Both the position numbers and the translations under genes were made by a program. The notes under the pieces are model-generated. The model did no database searches, had not been told where the DNA came from, and worked only from the letters and a program-made list of their open reading frames with translations. Shown here in pieces: positions 8,827 to 18,099 of a stretch of 64,000 nt of DNA. Origin of the DNA: Acutalibacteraceae bacterium (GTDB taxonomy: Bacteria; Bacillota; Clostridia; Oscillospirales; Acutalibacteraceae); NCBI GenBank assembly GCA_045638545.1, contig JAZUBL010000055.1, positions 880 through 64,879 on the forward strand, in the 5' to 3' direction. Within the stretch, counting starts at the first letter, position 1. The number at the start of each line of letters is the position of its first letter.

Positions 8827-8880
8827 TTGCTTTGGCAATAATCTGTGGCGATAAATCTATTTTAATGGGGGACTCTTATA

Positions 8881-9261
8881 ATGAAAAAGACAACTGAATT
8901 CAACACCCAAAATGCACCAGCAGCAATTGGCCCATATTCTCAGGCTATCATCATTGGCGACAAGATCATGACAAGCGGCCAGATCGCTCTTGATCCAGCA
9001 ACAGGCGCTATGGTAGGCGACAACATTATCCATCAGACAGAGCAGGTTCTGAAGAACCTCAGCGCTATTCTGGAAGATGCAGGCTCCTCCCTGGAGAACG
9101 CAATCAAGGTTACATGCTATCTGACAAACATGGCAGATTTCCCTAAGTTCAATGTAATCTACTCCCAGTACATCAAGGGTGCTCCAGCACGCACATGTGT
9201 TGAAGTTAGCGCACTGCCAAAGGGCGCACTGGTAGAGATCGACGTAATCGCTCACCTGTAA
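8881..9261 (+). CDS. ridA: RidA family reactive enamine/imine deaminase
   Basis: 126 aa. YjgF/RidA signature region APAAIGPYSQA... and ...ARTCVEVSALPKGALVEID. Confidence 0.85.
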   Translation: MKKTTEFNTQNAPAAIGPYSQAIIIGDKIMTSGQIALDPATGAMVGDNIIHQTEQVLKNLSAILEDAGSSLENAIKVTCYLTNMADFPKFNVIYSQYIKGAPARTCVEVSALPKGALVEIDVIAHL

Positions 9262-10844
9262 TCGTTATATTGTTTTAGAAAGGGGCAGTCCTTCGGGGCT
9301 GCCCCCTTTTGTGTCTTTTTTTGAAGGATACCGCAGAGCCTTAATGACAGAAAATAGAAAGGCACTGCGCAGATTGCAGTACACAGCAGCAAAGCCCACT
9401 CGGAATAATGAAGGGCAGGGATATGATTGAGCAGGGATTTTACAGAGACTATGGAAAGAATAGCAAGAATAGCAGGTGCGCAGATCCATCGAAAAATCGG
9501 AATGAAAAGAGAGGTAGTTCGGATTAACCGATGAAGGCTCAGGACTGCATTGAAAATTGTGCTGAAGAAAATAATAACAAGGTAGCCTTTTGTGCCAGCC
9601 ATTGGAATCAGAAAATATACCAGAACAACGCGAATCGCTGTATCGTAAAAATTGTACCGCATGGAGGCCAGCTGCTGGTCCAGTCCTTTCAGCAGATTAT
9701 CCACAACAATGTCCAGATACCACAGGGGAATCAGTGGAGCCAGGATCTGCAGCAGTCTGGCTGATTCTGTGCTTTGATAGAACAGGAGCCCGATATGTTT
9801 TGCGAAGCATCCAATAAAAACGGCAGTGAAGAGAGAAAATAATAAGGACATTCTGATGGCACGTCCTGAAACAGATTGAATCGTGCGATGATGATTCTGC
9901 GTCATTGCCTCCGTCATTTCCGGAACAAGGAGTGACGCAAAGGCACTGAGAAAGGTAGAGGGGAAAAAGAGAACCGGCATGACCATACCGTTTAAGATGC
10001 CGTATTCTGCTAATGCAGAGGCGGCTGCAACGCCGTTTTTGCGGTAGCCAATAGGAATAAGCAGGTTTTCTATTACACCCAGTCCGCTGCGCAGAGAGGA
10101 GCTGATCGTAAGCGGCAATGTGATATGACAGAACTTCCTCATAATACCGCTACTCTTTTTATAGTGTGATGTTTTTTGTCTGCGTAAATGCAGCCGGTAC
10201 ATCAGGTATGTGAAAAAACAGGAGGCTGCTTCTCCGGCAGCAGAGCCGATCATGACAGCACAGCAGCAATCCTCAACGGAGGGGGATGCCAGGATACTGA
10301 ACAGCACTACAGGAATGATAATCGTAACAAACTGCTCCAGCAATTCTCCGAGGGCAGAGGGGATAACTCCGCGAATAGCCAGGAAATAGCCTTTCAGACA
10401 AGCACACGTTGCCATAAAAGGCAGGCCAACTGCCAGAATGCGCAGGGGGAGAATAATACGCAGATCATTAAGGATGAATGCTCCAATCCAACCGGAGGAG
10501 AAGATCAGAATTGCGGCGGCGCAGGCGCTTAAACAAAGACTGAACAGACAACATTTGCGCATACAGCTTTTTATAGTGTTCTGTTTACCGGAGGAAATCG
10601 TTTCGCTGATCATTCGTGTAACGGAAAGACTGATTCCTGCAGTGGAAACTGTGACAGCAAATATAAATACGGAATAAATCAGCTGATATAGTCCCATACC
10701 TTCTGCGCCGATTTTATTGGTGAGATAAATGCGGTAAATGATGTTTATGGCGCGCATGAAAAAAGCAGAAATTGTCAGACTCAGGGCGTTTATTAGAAAA
10801 GTTCGCTTGTTCAATCTGCCGCCTCCGTTTCCAGTTGTTTTCAA
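9252..10844 (-). CDS. spoVB: Stage V sporulation protein B-like MOP/MurJ-family flippase
   Basis: 530-aa polytopic membrane ORF whose N-terminus resembles SpoVB and polysaccharide-biosynthesis flippases. Its 3' end overlaps ridA by 10 nt. Confidence 0.7.
   Translation of the reverse strand: MKTTGNGGGRLNKRTFLINALSLTISAFFMRAINIIYRIYLTNKIGAEGMGLYQLIYSVFIFAVTVSTAGISLSVTRMISETISSGKQNTIKSCMRKCCLFSLCLSACAAAILIFSSGWIGAFILNDLRIILPLRILAVGLPFMATCACLKGYFLAIRGVIPSALGELLEQFVTIIIPVVLFSILASPSVEDCCCAVMIGSAAGEAASCFFTYLMYRLHLRRQKTSHYKKSSGIMRKFCHITLPLTISSSLRSGLGVIENLLIPIGYRKNGVAAASALAEYGILNGMVMPVLFFPSTFLSAFASLLVPEMTEAMTQNHHRTIQSVSGRAIRMSLLFSLFTAVFIGCFAKHIGLLFYQSTESARLLQILAPLIPLWYLDIVVDNLLKGLDQQLASMRYNFYDTAIRVVLVYFLIPMAGTKGYLVIIFFSTIFNAVLSLHRLIRTTSLFIPIFRWICAPAILAILSIVSVKSLLNHIPALHYSEWALLLCTAICAVPFYFLSLRLCGILQKKTQKGAAPKDCPFLKQYNDYR
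9281..9320 (+). terminator. Intrinsic terminator after ridA
   Basis: GGGGCAG(t)CC-TTCG-GG(g)CTGCCCC followed by a T-rich run. It lies inside the last codons of the convergent spoVB ORF. Confidence 0.7.
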
Positions 10845-10949
10845 TACTATTGATACGGGGAAAAGATTTCAAATATGAAAAAACAGCAGATGGCTTGCAT
10901 CGTGCGGCATTTTATTGTAAAATAAGGCAAAACAGAAAGGATGGGAATT

Positions 10950-11921
10950 ATGGACTGGACAGAAGTAACAATTACAGTAGACGCGGCAGACGTTGACCGT
11001 GCCGGCGATATTGCGCAGATGGTGGTACCGTACGGTATTTATATAGAAGACTACTCCAATCTGGAGGCAGAAGCATGGGAGATCGCACACATCGATCTGA
11101 TCGACGAGGATCTCCTGCAGAAGGACCGTACAAAGGCGATTATCCACGTATATATCAGCCCAGAGGAAAATCCAGCTGAGGCAATTTCTTTCCTCAGCGA
11201 GCGCTACAATGCAGAAGGCATCAAGCACGAAATCGGCACAGCAAACTGTGTGATGGAGGACTGGATGAACAACTGGAAGAAGTACTTTAAGCCAATGCCT
11301 GTTGGCCAGAGCCTGCTGATTCGCCCAACATGGGAGAGCGCTTACAATCCTGCTGGCAGACGTGTTCTGCACCTGGAGCCAGGTATGGCATTTGGTACCG
11401 GTACCCACGAAACAACAAGACTGTGCATGGAGCTGATGGAGGATTACCTCCGCCCACAGATGGACATTCTTGACGTAGGCTGCGGCAGCGGTATTCTTTC
11501 CGTAGCAGGTCTGCTGATGGGCGGCCGCTCTGCAACAGGTGTTGATATTGATGAGCTGGCAGTAAAGACAGCAAAGGAAAATGCAGAGATCAACCGTGTT
11601 GGTGAAAAGTTCACAGCGATTGCAGGCAACCTGACAGATAAGGTTACAGGCAAGTATCACATGATCGTTGCAAACATCGTTGCAGATATTATTGTTGAGC
11701 TGACAGAGAATATTAAGGACTACATGTATCGCGATACCATCTATATTATGAGCGGTATTATCGATACACGTGAGCAGGATGTTCTGAACGCACTGGAAGA
11801 AAAGTTTGAAGTAATCGACCGCAGAGAGGAAAATGGTTGGGTTGCAATTGCAGCACAGCCATGCCGTGACGGTACACTGACAGATGCTGACGTAACAGCA
11901 GCGTTCCAGTTCCTGTTCTAA
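10950..11921 (+). CDS. prmA: Ribosomal protein L11 methyltransferase
   Basis: 323 aa from the second ATG (MDWTEVTI..), 8 nt after AAAGGA. The SAM motif DVGCGSGILS is present. The first ATG (10941) abuts the RBS. Confidence 0.85.
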   Translation: MDWTEVTITVDAADVDRAGDIAQMVVPYGIYIEDYSNLEAEAWEIAHIDLIDEDLLQKDRTKAIIHVYISPEENPAEAISFLSERYNAEGIKHEIGTANCVMEDWMNNWKKYFKPMPVGQSLLIRPTWESAYNPAGRRVLHLEPGMAFGTGTHETTRLCMELMEDYLRPQMDILDVGCGSGILSVAGLLMGGRSATGVDIDELAVKTAKENAEINRVGEKFTAIAGNLTDKVTGKYHMIVANIVADIIVELTENIKDYMYRDTIYIMSGIIDTREQDVLNALEEKFEVIDRREENGWVAIAAQPCRDGTLTDADVTAAFQFLF

Positions 11922-11938
11922 AATTACAGAAATAAAAA

Positions 11939-11969
11939 AGCCACCGGAAAACCGGTGGCTTTTGTTTTT
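11939..11969. terminator. Bidirectional intrinsic terminator between prmA and pheA
   Basis: AGCCACCGG-AAAA-CCGGTGGCT flanked by an A-run and a T-run. Confidence 0.75.
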
Positions 11970-11989
11970 ATAGTGTATGACAATCCACT

Positions 11990-13132
11990 TTATTCTACAT
12001 AGTTGCCAAGGAAGGAGAAGTTGTCCAGCTCGCTGGAAAGCTCACAGATCAGATCCAGTGTTTTTTCGTCGTTTACAGTGCCTGTAAAATCAAGGTAGAA
12101 ATCATACTGGAAATCATCAGCATTTGCATTGCGTGCCGGTCTGGATTCGATCTTTGTCAGGTTCAGACCATTTACAGCAAAGCGGCCCAGAACACTGTAA
12201 AGGGTACCTGTTTTGTGATCCAGAGAGAAGCACAGACTGATCTTATCTGCTTCTGCAGGAATAGACAGATCCTTTTTAATTGCAACAAAGCGTGTGCGGT
12301 TGTTTTGGTTGTTCTGAATATTTGTTCTCAGAATTTCCAGACCATATTTCTGTGCGGCCAGTTCAGAGCAGACAACGCCGCAGGTCAGGTCGTCTTTTTC
12401 TGCAGTCATTTTTGCAGCCATTGCAGTGTTAGCAAACTGAATAGGTTCCAGACCCAGCTCTTTAATAGTATTGGAGCACTGGGAAAGCGCCTGTGGGTGG
12501 GAAGTAACAGTCTGCAGCGTTTCAATAGAAGCGCCCTTTGGTGCAGCCAGGCAATGGCGGATCTGAACGGTTGTTGCTGCAATAATAGAGAAGCGATATT
12601 TCATAATCAGATCGTAAACTTCAGCAACGGAGCCGGCAGAGGAATTTTCTACCGGCAGAATACCAATATCTACAATACCGCTGTCAAGTGCATGGAATAC
12701 ATCATCATGGGAATTCTGATAGTGAATTTCACAGCCAGGGAAAAGAAAATCAGCAGCTTCATTTGCATAGGAGCCGCAGCCAACACATGCTACGATTTTA
12801 TCATTAGAAATCTCATCCAAAGAAATGCTGTTCTGCAGTGCAGATGCAACTGTACTGCGTGTTTCTTCACCGGAGTGCATCAGCTTGTGCTGACGCATTC
12901 TGTTCAGGGACATCATCACAGTGTAAAGCATTTTTGCTTCTGTATCAAACTCGCCTGCGCCTGCTGCAACCTTTTCCAGAATCTGATTTTCGCGCTCTGC
13001 ATTAAAGATCGGCATATCGTTCTGTGCTTTATATTCAGCAACAGATGCTGCACACTCCATTCGTTCTACAAACAGTGGAAGCAGCTGATTATCAATGGCA
13101 TCAATTTTTTCTCTGATCTCGGATAACGACAT
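11990..13132 (-). CDS. pheA: Bifunctional chorismate mutase / prephenate dehydratase (P-protein) with ACT domain
   Basis: 380 aa from MSLSEIREKIDAIDNQLL (chorismate mutase helix), then a prephenate dehydratase region plus a C-terminal ACT domain. RBS AAGGGGTG. The ORF-track start at 13174 adds 14 unsupported residues. Confidence 0.85.
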   Translation of the reverse strand: MSLSEIREKIDAIDNQLLPLFVERMECAASVAEYKAQNDMPIFNAERENQILEKVAAGAGEFDTEAKMLYTVMMSLNRMRQHKLMHSGEETRSTVASALQNSISLDEISNDKIVACVGCGSYANEAADFLFPGCEIHYQNSHDDVFHALDSGIVDIGILPVENSSAGSVAEVYDLIMKYRFSIIAATTVQIRHCLAAPKGASIETLQTVTSHPQALSQCSNTIKELGLEPIQFANTAMAAKMTAEKDDLTCGVVCSELAAQKYGLEILRTNIQNNQNNRTRFVAIKKDLSIPAEADKISLCFSLDHKTGTLYSVLGRFAVNGLNLTKIESRPARNANADDFQYDFYLDFTGTVNDEKTLDLICELSSELDNFSFLGNYVE

Positions 13133-13383
13133 AAAAACACCCCTTACAATTTTGCGTGTATAATTTCTGTGCATAATGCAAAATTAAACTTAGTTTATAA
13201 AAAATGTGAAAATAGATATTGACAAACAATGGATTTATTAATAAGATGTTGATAGGGATTTGAAGCAGCAATGCAAAACAATATCCGTGTGGTTTATTGT
13301 AACATATTTTATGCTACATTGTCCACATTGCAATGATGATATTATTGCAATAAACATTTATAAGCTTTTAGGAGGAACAAGTT

Positions 13384-13611
13384 ATGGTACTGGAAAAAGT
13401 AAAGGCAATTCTGGCTGAGCAGTTTGACGTTGAGGAAGATACAATTACTATGGATACATCCGTAGCAGAAGATCTGGGTGCAGACTCTCTGGACGTTGTT
13501 GACCTGCTGATGTCCATCGAGGACGAGTTTGAAATCGAGATTCCTGATACAGAGATCGAGAACATGAAGACTGTTGGCGATCTGGTAAAGTACATCGAGG
13601 CAAACTCCTAA
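13384..13611 (+). CDS. acpP: Acyl carrier protein
   Basis: 75 aa with the phosphopantetheine site DLGADSLD. RBS AGGAGG. Confidence 0.85.
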   Translation: MVLEKVKAILAEQFDVEEDTITMDTSVAEDLGADSLDVVDLLMSIEDEFEIEIPDTEIENMKTVGDLVKYIEANS

Positions 13612-13635
13612 TTTACCATTGATCCTGTATATGTG

Positions 13636-13676
13636 AAAATCCCCGCCAGTTGTAATGATTGGCGGGGATTTTTTAT
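13636..13676 (+). terminator. Intrinsic terminator after acpP
   Basis: ATCCCCGCCA / TGGCGGGGAT stem followed by TTTTTT. Confidence 0.75.
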
Positions 13677-13693
13677 TGTAACAGAAAATATAG

Positions 13694-13722
13694 TTGAAAA
13701 TAGCAGAAACAATCGCTATAAT
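13694..13722 (+). promoter_or_regulatory. Promoter of proS
   Basis: TTGAAA-17 nt-TATAAT. No T-box sequence was seen in the roughly 80-nt leader. Confidence 0.5.
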
Positions 13723-13802
13723 ATAGTATAAGCGTGTCTGCGTATAGAAGTATTGCGACAGACATTGAATTGTGAAATAACAGGTCAAGGGAGTTTATAA
13801 TT

Positions 13803-15248
13803 ATGGCAAAAGATAACAGTCAAAAGAAAATGGTTGACGCCATCACACCGATGGAAGAAGATTTCGCCAAATGGTATACAGATATTGTTAAGAAGGCAGA
13901 ACTGATGGACTACACCAGCGTACGCGGCTGCATGGTAATCCAGCCATACGGTTTTGCAATCTGGGAGAACATCCAGTCTATTCTGGATAAGCGCTTTAAG
14001 GAGCTTGGTCATGAGAACGTATCCATGCCAATGTTCATTCCAGAAAGCCTCCTCCAGAAGGAGAAGGACCACGTAGAAGGCTTTGCACCGGAAGTAGCAT
14101 GGGTTACACACGGCGGCAGCGAAGAGCTGCAGGAGCGTCTCTGTGTACGTCCTACATCTGAGACACTGTTCTGCGATTACTACTCCAGAGTAATCCACTC
14201 TTACCGTGATCTGCCTAAGCTGTACAACCAGTGGTGCTCTGTAGTGCGCTGGGAGAAGACATCCCGTCCATTCCTCCGCTCTGTAGAGTTCAACTGGCAG
14301 GAAGGCCACACTATGCACGAGACTGCAGAAGAGGCAAAGTTTGAAACAGAGCAGATGCTGAACGTATATGCAGACTTCTGTGAGAACGCTCTGGCAATTC
14401 CTGTAATCAAGGGTCAGAAGACAGACAAAGAGAAGTTTGCAGGTGCAGAAGCTACTTACACAATCGAAGCTATGATGCACGATGGTAAGGCACTGCAGTC
14501 CGGTACAAGTCACTACTTCGGTGACGGCTTCGCAAGAGCATTCGATATTACATTCACAGGCAGAGACAACAGCCTGTGCTACCCACACCAGACATCCTGG
14601 GGCATGTCCACACGTATCATCGGTGGTATCATCATGACACACGGCGACAACAATGGTCTGGTACTGCCACCAGCAATTGCTCCAATCCAGGTAATGATCA
14701 TTCCTGTTGCACAGCATAAGGAAGGCGTTCTGGATAAGGCAAGAGAGCTGCAGGAAAGACTGAAGGGTTCCTTCCGCGTTAAGATGGATGACTCTGAGCA
14801 GAGCCCAGGCTGGAAGTATGCACAGTACGAAATGAAGGGTGTTCCGCTTCGTCTGGAAATCGGTCCTAAGGATATCGAGAAGAACCAGTGTGTTCTTGTT
14901 CGCCGCCACGACAGAGAAAAGATCTTCGTATCTCTCGATAATCTGGAAGAGGCAATTGCAGAGCAGCTGCAGGCAGTAAGAGATGGCATCTACGAGAAGG
15001 CACTGAACCGCCGCAACGAGATGACATACACAGCTGCAAACCTGGAAGAGATGAAAGAGATCGCAGATACAAAGCCAGGTCTTGTAAAGGCTATGTGGTG
15101 CGGCGAGCTGGAGTGTGAGGAGAAGATCAAGGAAGATGCAGGTCTCACATCCAGATGTATGCCATTCGAGCAGGAAGAAATCGGCGAGGTATGCGCATGC
15201 TGCGGTAAGCCAGCTAAGAAGATGGTATACTGGGGCAAAGCATATTAA
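13803..15248 (+). CDS. proS: Proline--tRNA ligase (archaeal/eukaryote-like type)
   Basis: 481 aa class II aaRS. N-terminus ..[33 protein letters not shown] and the C-terminal Zn-like [18 protein letters not shown] are typical of short-form ProRS. Confidence 0.9.
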   Translation: MAKDNSQKKMVDAITPMEEDFAKWYTDIVKKAELMDYTSVRGCMVIQPYGFAIWENIQSILDKRFKELGHENVSMPMFIPESLLQKEKDHVEGFAPEVAWVTHGGSEELQERLCVRPTSETLFCDYYSRVIHSYRDLPKLYNQWCSVVRWEKTSRPFLRSVEFNWQEGHTMHETAEEAKFETEQMLNVYADFCENALAIPVIKGQKTDKEKFAGAEATYTIEAMMHDGKALQSGTSHYFGDGFARAFDITFTGRDNSLCYPHQTSWGMSTRIIGGIIMTHGDNNGLVLPPAIAPIQVMIIPVAQHKEGVLDKARELQERLKGSFRVKMDDSEQSPGWKYAQYEMKGVPLRLEIGPKDIEKNQCVLVRRHDREKIFVSLDNLEEAIAEQLQAVRDGIYEKALNRRNEMTYTAANLEEMKEIADTKPGLVKAMWCGELECEEKIKEDAGLTSRCMPFEQEEIGEVCACCGKPAKKMVYWGKAY

Positions 15249-15267
15249 TCTATCTAATATAGATGGG

Positions 15268-15281
15268 GCCTATACTATATA
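15268..15281 (+). repeat. Copy 1 of a 14-nt perfect direct repeat, GCCTATACTATATA
   Basis: The identical 14-mer recurs at 15492-15505, 224 nt downstream, inside the ORF-less proS-rpsJ spacer. Confidence 0.6.
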
Positions 15282-15292
15282 AAGAAGCAATG

Positions 15293-15322
15293 AGCAGATC
15301 GGAAAATCCGGTCTGCTTTTTT
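15293..15322 (+). terminator. Intrinsic terminator after proS
   Basis: AGCAGATCGG-AAAA-TCCGGTCTGCT followed by TTTTTT. Confidence 0.7.
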
Positions 15323-15358
15323 GCTTTAATTTTGTGACATTTTTCTGTAATAATTTTG

Positions 15359-15387
15359 TTGCAATTTGAAGCTGTTTCTTATATAAT
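15359..15387 (+). promoter_or_regulatory. Consensus-like orphan promoter in the proS-rpsJ spacer (distal S10 promoter or sRNA promoter)
   Basis: TTGCAA-17 nt-TATAAT. The -10 element is enclosed by the inverted repeat GCTGTTTC..GAAAACAGC (15371-15397). No ORF follows. Confidence 0.4.
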
Positions 15388-15491
15388 AGAAAACAGCAGC
15401 GCAAGAGCGAATGAAAGCGAAAAGTTTTTAAATCTTTCAGTACTTTCTTGCATACCATAAAGGGTTGCATGTGATTGCACCGGGAATTTCT

Positions 15492-15505
15492 GCCTATACT
15501 ATATA
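15492..15505 (+). repeat. Copy 2 of the 14-nt perfect direct repeat, GCCTATACTATATA
   Basis: See copy 1. Confidence 0.6.
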
Positions 15506-15711
15506 TGTATGGAAAGACAGGGAACAGACGGATCCGTTGCTTTTAAGATGAAACCATCTGAAAAGCACGAGTTTGGATGATCAATCATACAAAACAGTGT
15601 TTTTTAACCCCAAAACAGGGGTCGGGGAACACCCGGATGCGGTGAAATCAGGAATCCCATAGGTATGCGAAAAAATAATTGAAAAAAATTTAAAAAATTT
15701 GCAAAAAAGGC

Positions 15712-15740
15712 TTGCATTCTACTAAACCATGTGGTATTAT
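15712..15740 (+). promoter_or_regulatory. Main S10-operon promoter with an upstream A-tract (UP-like) region
   Basis: TTGCAT-17 nt (ending TGg)-TATTAT, preceded by A-tracts at 15671-15708. Confidence 0.55.
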
Positions 15741-15943
15741 AATCTTGCGTGACTGCAATAGATATGCGATGAAGCGGGAGGTTGCGGCCGATAGGCTGGT
15801 TTTTCCGTGGAGTATGTCCGATTTTAAACCGGGCGAAAGAATAGTGAGATTGTAAACGACCTAGCTATAGCTATAGTTAGGCTGTGGGGATATAAATATG
15901 TCCTCCCGATGTCGTTTTGCGCTCAGACACTTTTGTTACTTGC

Positions 15944-15976
15944 CCGGAGCTTGCGAAAATGCGAACTCCGGTTTTT
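15944..15976 (+). terminator. Terminator-like attenuator hairpin in the S10 leader
   Basis: CCGGAG..(bulged inner stem, loop AAAATG)..CTCCGG followed by TTTTT, 83 nt upstream of the rpsJ start. Confidence 0.45.
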
Positions 15977-16058
15977 AAATGTGAAGGGACGAAACACCCG
16001 GCACAGTTGCAACGAACAAGAAGTGCCGCCCGCCAACTACAATAAGGAGGCGATTACT

Positions 16059-16370
16059 TTGGCAGTCAAGGAAAAAATCAGAATCAGAATCAAGGGTTAC
16101 GATCATCAGCTGGTAGATCAGTCTGCAGAAAAGATTGTTCAGACAGCAAAGCGTACAGGTGCAAGAGTATCCGGTCCAGTGCCGTTACCAACAGAGAAGC
16201 AGATCATCACAATTCTGCGTGCTGTGCACAAGTACAAGGACAGCCGTGAGCAGTTCGAGATGCGTACACACAAGAGACTGATCGACATCCTGAGACCATC
16301 TAACAAGACAGTTGAAGCACTGATGGGCTTAGAGCTCCCTGCAGGCGTTGACATCGAGATCAAGCTCTAA
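16059..16370 (+). CDS. rpsJ: 30S ribosomal protein S10
   Basis: 103 aa with a TTG start 8 nt after AAGGAGG ([20 protein letters not shown]..). The ORF-track start at 15909 runs through the leader hairpin. Confidence 0.9.
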   Translation: MAVKEKIRIRIKGYDHQLVDQSAEKIVQTAKRTGARVSGPVPLPTEKQIITILRAVHKYKDSREQFEMRTHKRLIDILRPSNKTVEALMGLELPAGVDIEIKL

Positions 16371-16451
16371 TTGATCCGATACCAACCAACCGAGCAGTCG
16401 GGGTCATGTTGGCTGAAAGGTCAACCAATAACCTAACAGGAGGTAAAAACA

Positions 16452-17084
16452 ATGCAAAAGGCAATTATTGGCAAGAAGATTGGTATGACACAGATCTTCG
16501 ATGAAGCGGGTAAAGTTATCCCGGTAACAGTTGTTGAGGCTGGTCCTTGCGTAGTGTCCCAGAAGAAGACACTCGAAAACGACGGTTACGAAGCTATTCA
16601 GATCGGCTTTGGTGACATGAAGGCTCAGAAGGTGAACAAGCCTATGAGAGGTCACTTTGCAAAGGCTGACGTTGCTCCGAAGAGAACACTTCGTGAGTTC
16701 AGAGTAGAAGACATCACAGCTTACAATGTGGGCGACCTCATTAAGGCAGACGTTTTCGCAGCTGGTGACAAGATTGACGTTACTGGCACAAGCAAAGGTA
16801 AGGGTACAGCAGGCGTAATCAAGCGCTGGAACTTCGGTAGACTCAGAGAGTCCCACGGTACAGGTCCATGCGTACGTCACGGCGGTTCCCTCGGTTCCAT
16901 TGACCCAGCAAGAATCTTCAAGGGCAAGAGAATGGCTGGTCATCTTGGTGCTGAAAGAGTTACAGTACAGAACTTAACAGTTGTTAAGGTGGATGCAGAA
17001 AATAACCTCATCGCTATCAAGGGCGCTATCCCAGGTCCAAACGGCGGTACAGTTATGATCCACGACGCTGTTAAGAAGGCGTAA
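16452..17084 (+). CDS. rplC: 50S ribosomal protein L3
   Basis: 210 aa; [18 protein letters not shown].. Conserved operon position. Confidence 0.95.
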   Translation: MQKAIIGKKIGMTQIFDEAGKVIPVTVVEAGPCVVSQKKTLENDGYEAIQIGFGDMKAQKVNKPMRGHFAKADVAPKRTLREFRVEDITAYNVGDLIKADVFAAGDKIDVTGTSKGKGTAGVIKRWNFGRLRESHGTGPCVRHGGSLGSIDPARIFKGKRMAGHLGAERVTVQNLTVVKVDAENNLIAIKGAIPGPNGGTVMIHDAVKKA

Positions 17085-17101
17085 GGGAAGGAGGAATTGA
17101 A

Positions 17102-17725
17102 ATGCCTACAGTAGCAGTACTTGATATGGCTGGCAAGGAAGTTGCAAAGATCGAACTTGCTGAGTCCGTATTCGGAATTGAACCAAACAAAGCTGTTATG
17201 CTGGATATGGTAAAGAACTATCTGGCAAATCAGCGTCAGGGCACACAATCGGCTCTTACCCGTGCCGAAGTATCTGGCGGTGGCAAAAAGCCATGGAGAC
17301 AGAAGGGAACAGGTCATGCAAGACAGGGTTCCACAAGAGCACCACAGTGGAGACACGGTGGCGTTGTATTCGCTCCAAAGCCAAGAGACTACAGCTATTC
17401 CTTAAACAAGAAGGTAAAGCGTCTCGCTATGAAGTCCGCTCTTTCTACAAAAGTTGCTGATAACGATATGATCGTTCTCGATGCAATCACAATGAACGAG
17501 TACAAGACAAAGACAATTGCAGCAATGCTTAAGGCAGTTGGCTCCGAGAAGAAGGCTCTCATCGTTCTCCCAGAGAAGAATGAGAAGGTTATCGCTTCCG
17601 CAGCTAACATCCCAGGCGTAAAGACAGCTATGGTTAATACCCTGAATGTATATGACATTCTCAACGCAGACAAGTTTATTGTTGTTAAGGATGCCGTAGC
17701 TCAGATTGAGGAGGTGTATTGCTAA
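17102..17725 (+). CDS. rplD: 50S ribosomal protein L4
   Basis: 207 aa; contains ..[19 protein letters not shown].. Confidence 0.95.
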   Translation: MPTVAVLDMAGKEVAKIELAESVFGIEPNKAVMLDMVKNYLANQRQGTQSALTRAEVSGGGKKPWRQKGTGHARQGSTRAPQWRHGGVVFAPKPRDYSYSLNKKVKRLAMKSALSTKVADNDMIVLDAITMNEYKTKTIAAMLKAVGSEKKALIVLPEKNEKVIASAANIPGVKTAMVNTLNVYDILNADKFIVVKDAVAQIEEVYC

Positions 17726-18015
17726 TGACAGCACAGGATATCATTATCAGACCAATTATCACTGAGAGAAGTGTTGAAGGTCTCGGTCTTAAGAAGTACA
17801 CCTTTAAGGTTGCAAACGATGCAAACAAAATCGAGATTGCAAAGGCAGTTGAAGAACTGTTCGGCGTAGAAGTTGAAAAGGTAAACACAATGCACGTTCG
17901 CGGCAGACATCGCCGTCGTGGCCGTTCCGAGGGCTTCACAGCAGCTTGGAAAAAGGCAATCGTTACCCTGACAGAGAAGTCTAAGACAATTGCGTTCTTC
18001 GACGAAATGATGTAA
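17725..18015 (+). CDS. rplW: 50S ribosomal protein L23
   Basis: 96 aa from the ATG that overlaps the rplD stop (TAATG), 10 nt after GAGGAGG. The ORF-track TTG at 17719 is too close to the RBS. Confidence 0.9.
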   Translation: MTAQDIIIRPIITERSVEGLGLKKYTFKVANDANKIEIAKAVEELFGVEVEKVNTMHVRGRHRRRGRSEGFTAAWKKAIVTLTEKSKTIAFFDEMM

Positions 18016-18099
18016 TCTCTGACCCAATCAAAGAGCAGAGGCAAAGTATGGGGAGTCGCCATATTCCCCGCGAAGCCATCATGAGGAGTGTGAAACCGA

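Noticed and set aside
7633-8838. A 401-aa antisense ORF opposite ilvA. Similar cases lie opposite proS (13785..14909), serC (33902..35086), pyrC (49935..51137), pyrF (51261..52268), pyrK/pyrD (52112..53035, 52461..53909), mscS (59554..60579) and the 60.8-kb hypothetical gene (60792..62024).
   Set aside because: These are mirror ORFs of well-supported genes, with no independent signals. For 60792..62024 the choice of the plus-strand ORF rests on the RBS, coupling to the downstream MBL gene, and more protein-like composition, so it is less certain than the others.
13328-13350. Inverted repeat TTGCAAT-N9-ATTGCAA just upstream of the acpP RBS, considered as a fatty-acid regulator (FapR/FabT-like) operator.
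   Set aside because: It does not resemble the FapR or FabT consensus sites I recall. The arms are short (7 bp) and AT-rich in an AT-rich spacer, so it cannot be told apart from chance or a minor mRNA hairpin.
15270-15470. A 66-aa minus-strand ORF in the proS-rpsJ spacer.
   Set aside because: It runs through the proS terminator and the orphan promoter, has no RBS, and is basic and low in complexity. It is probably chance in AT-rich DNA.
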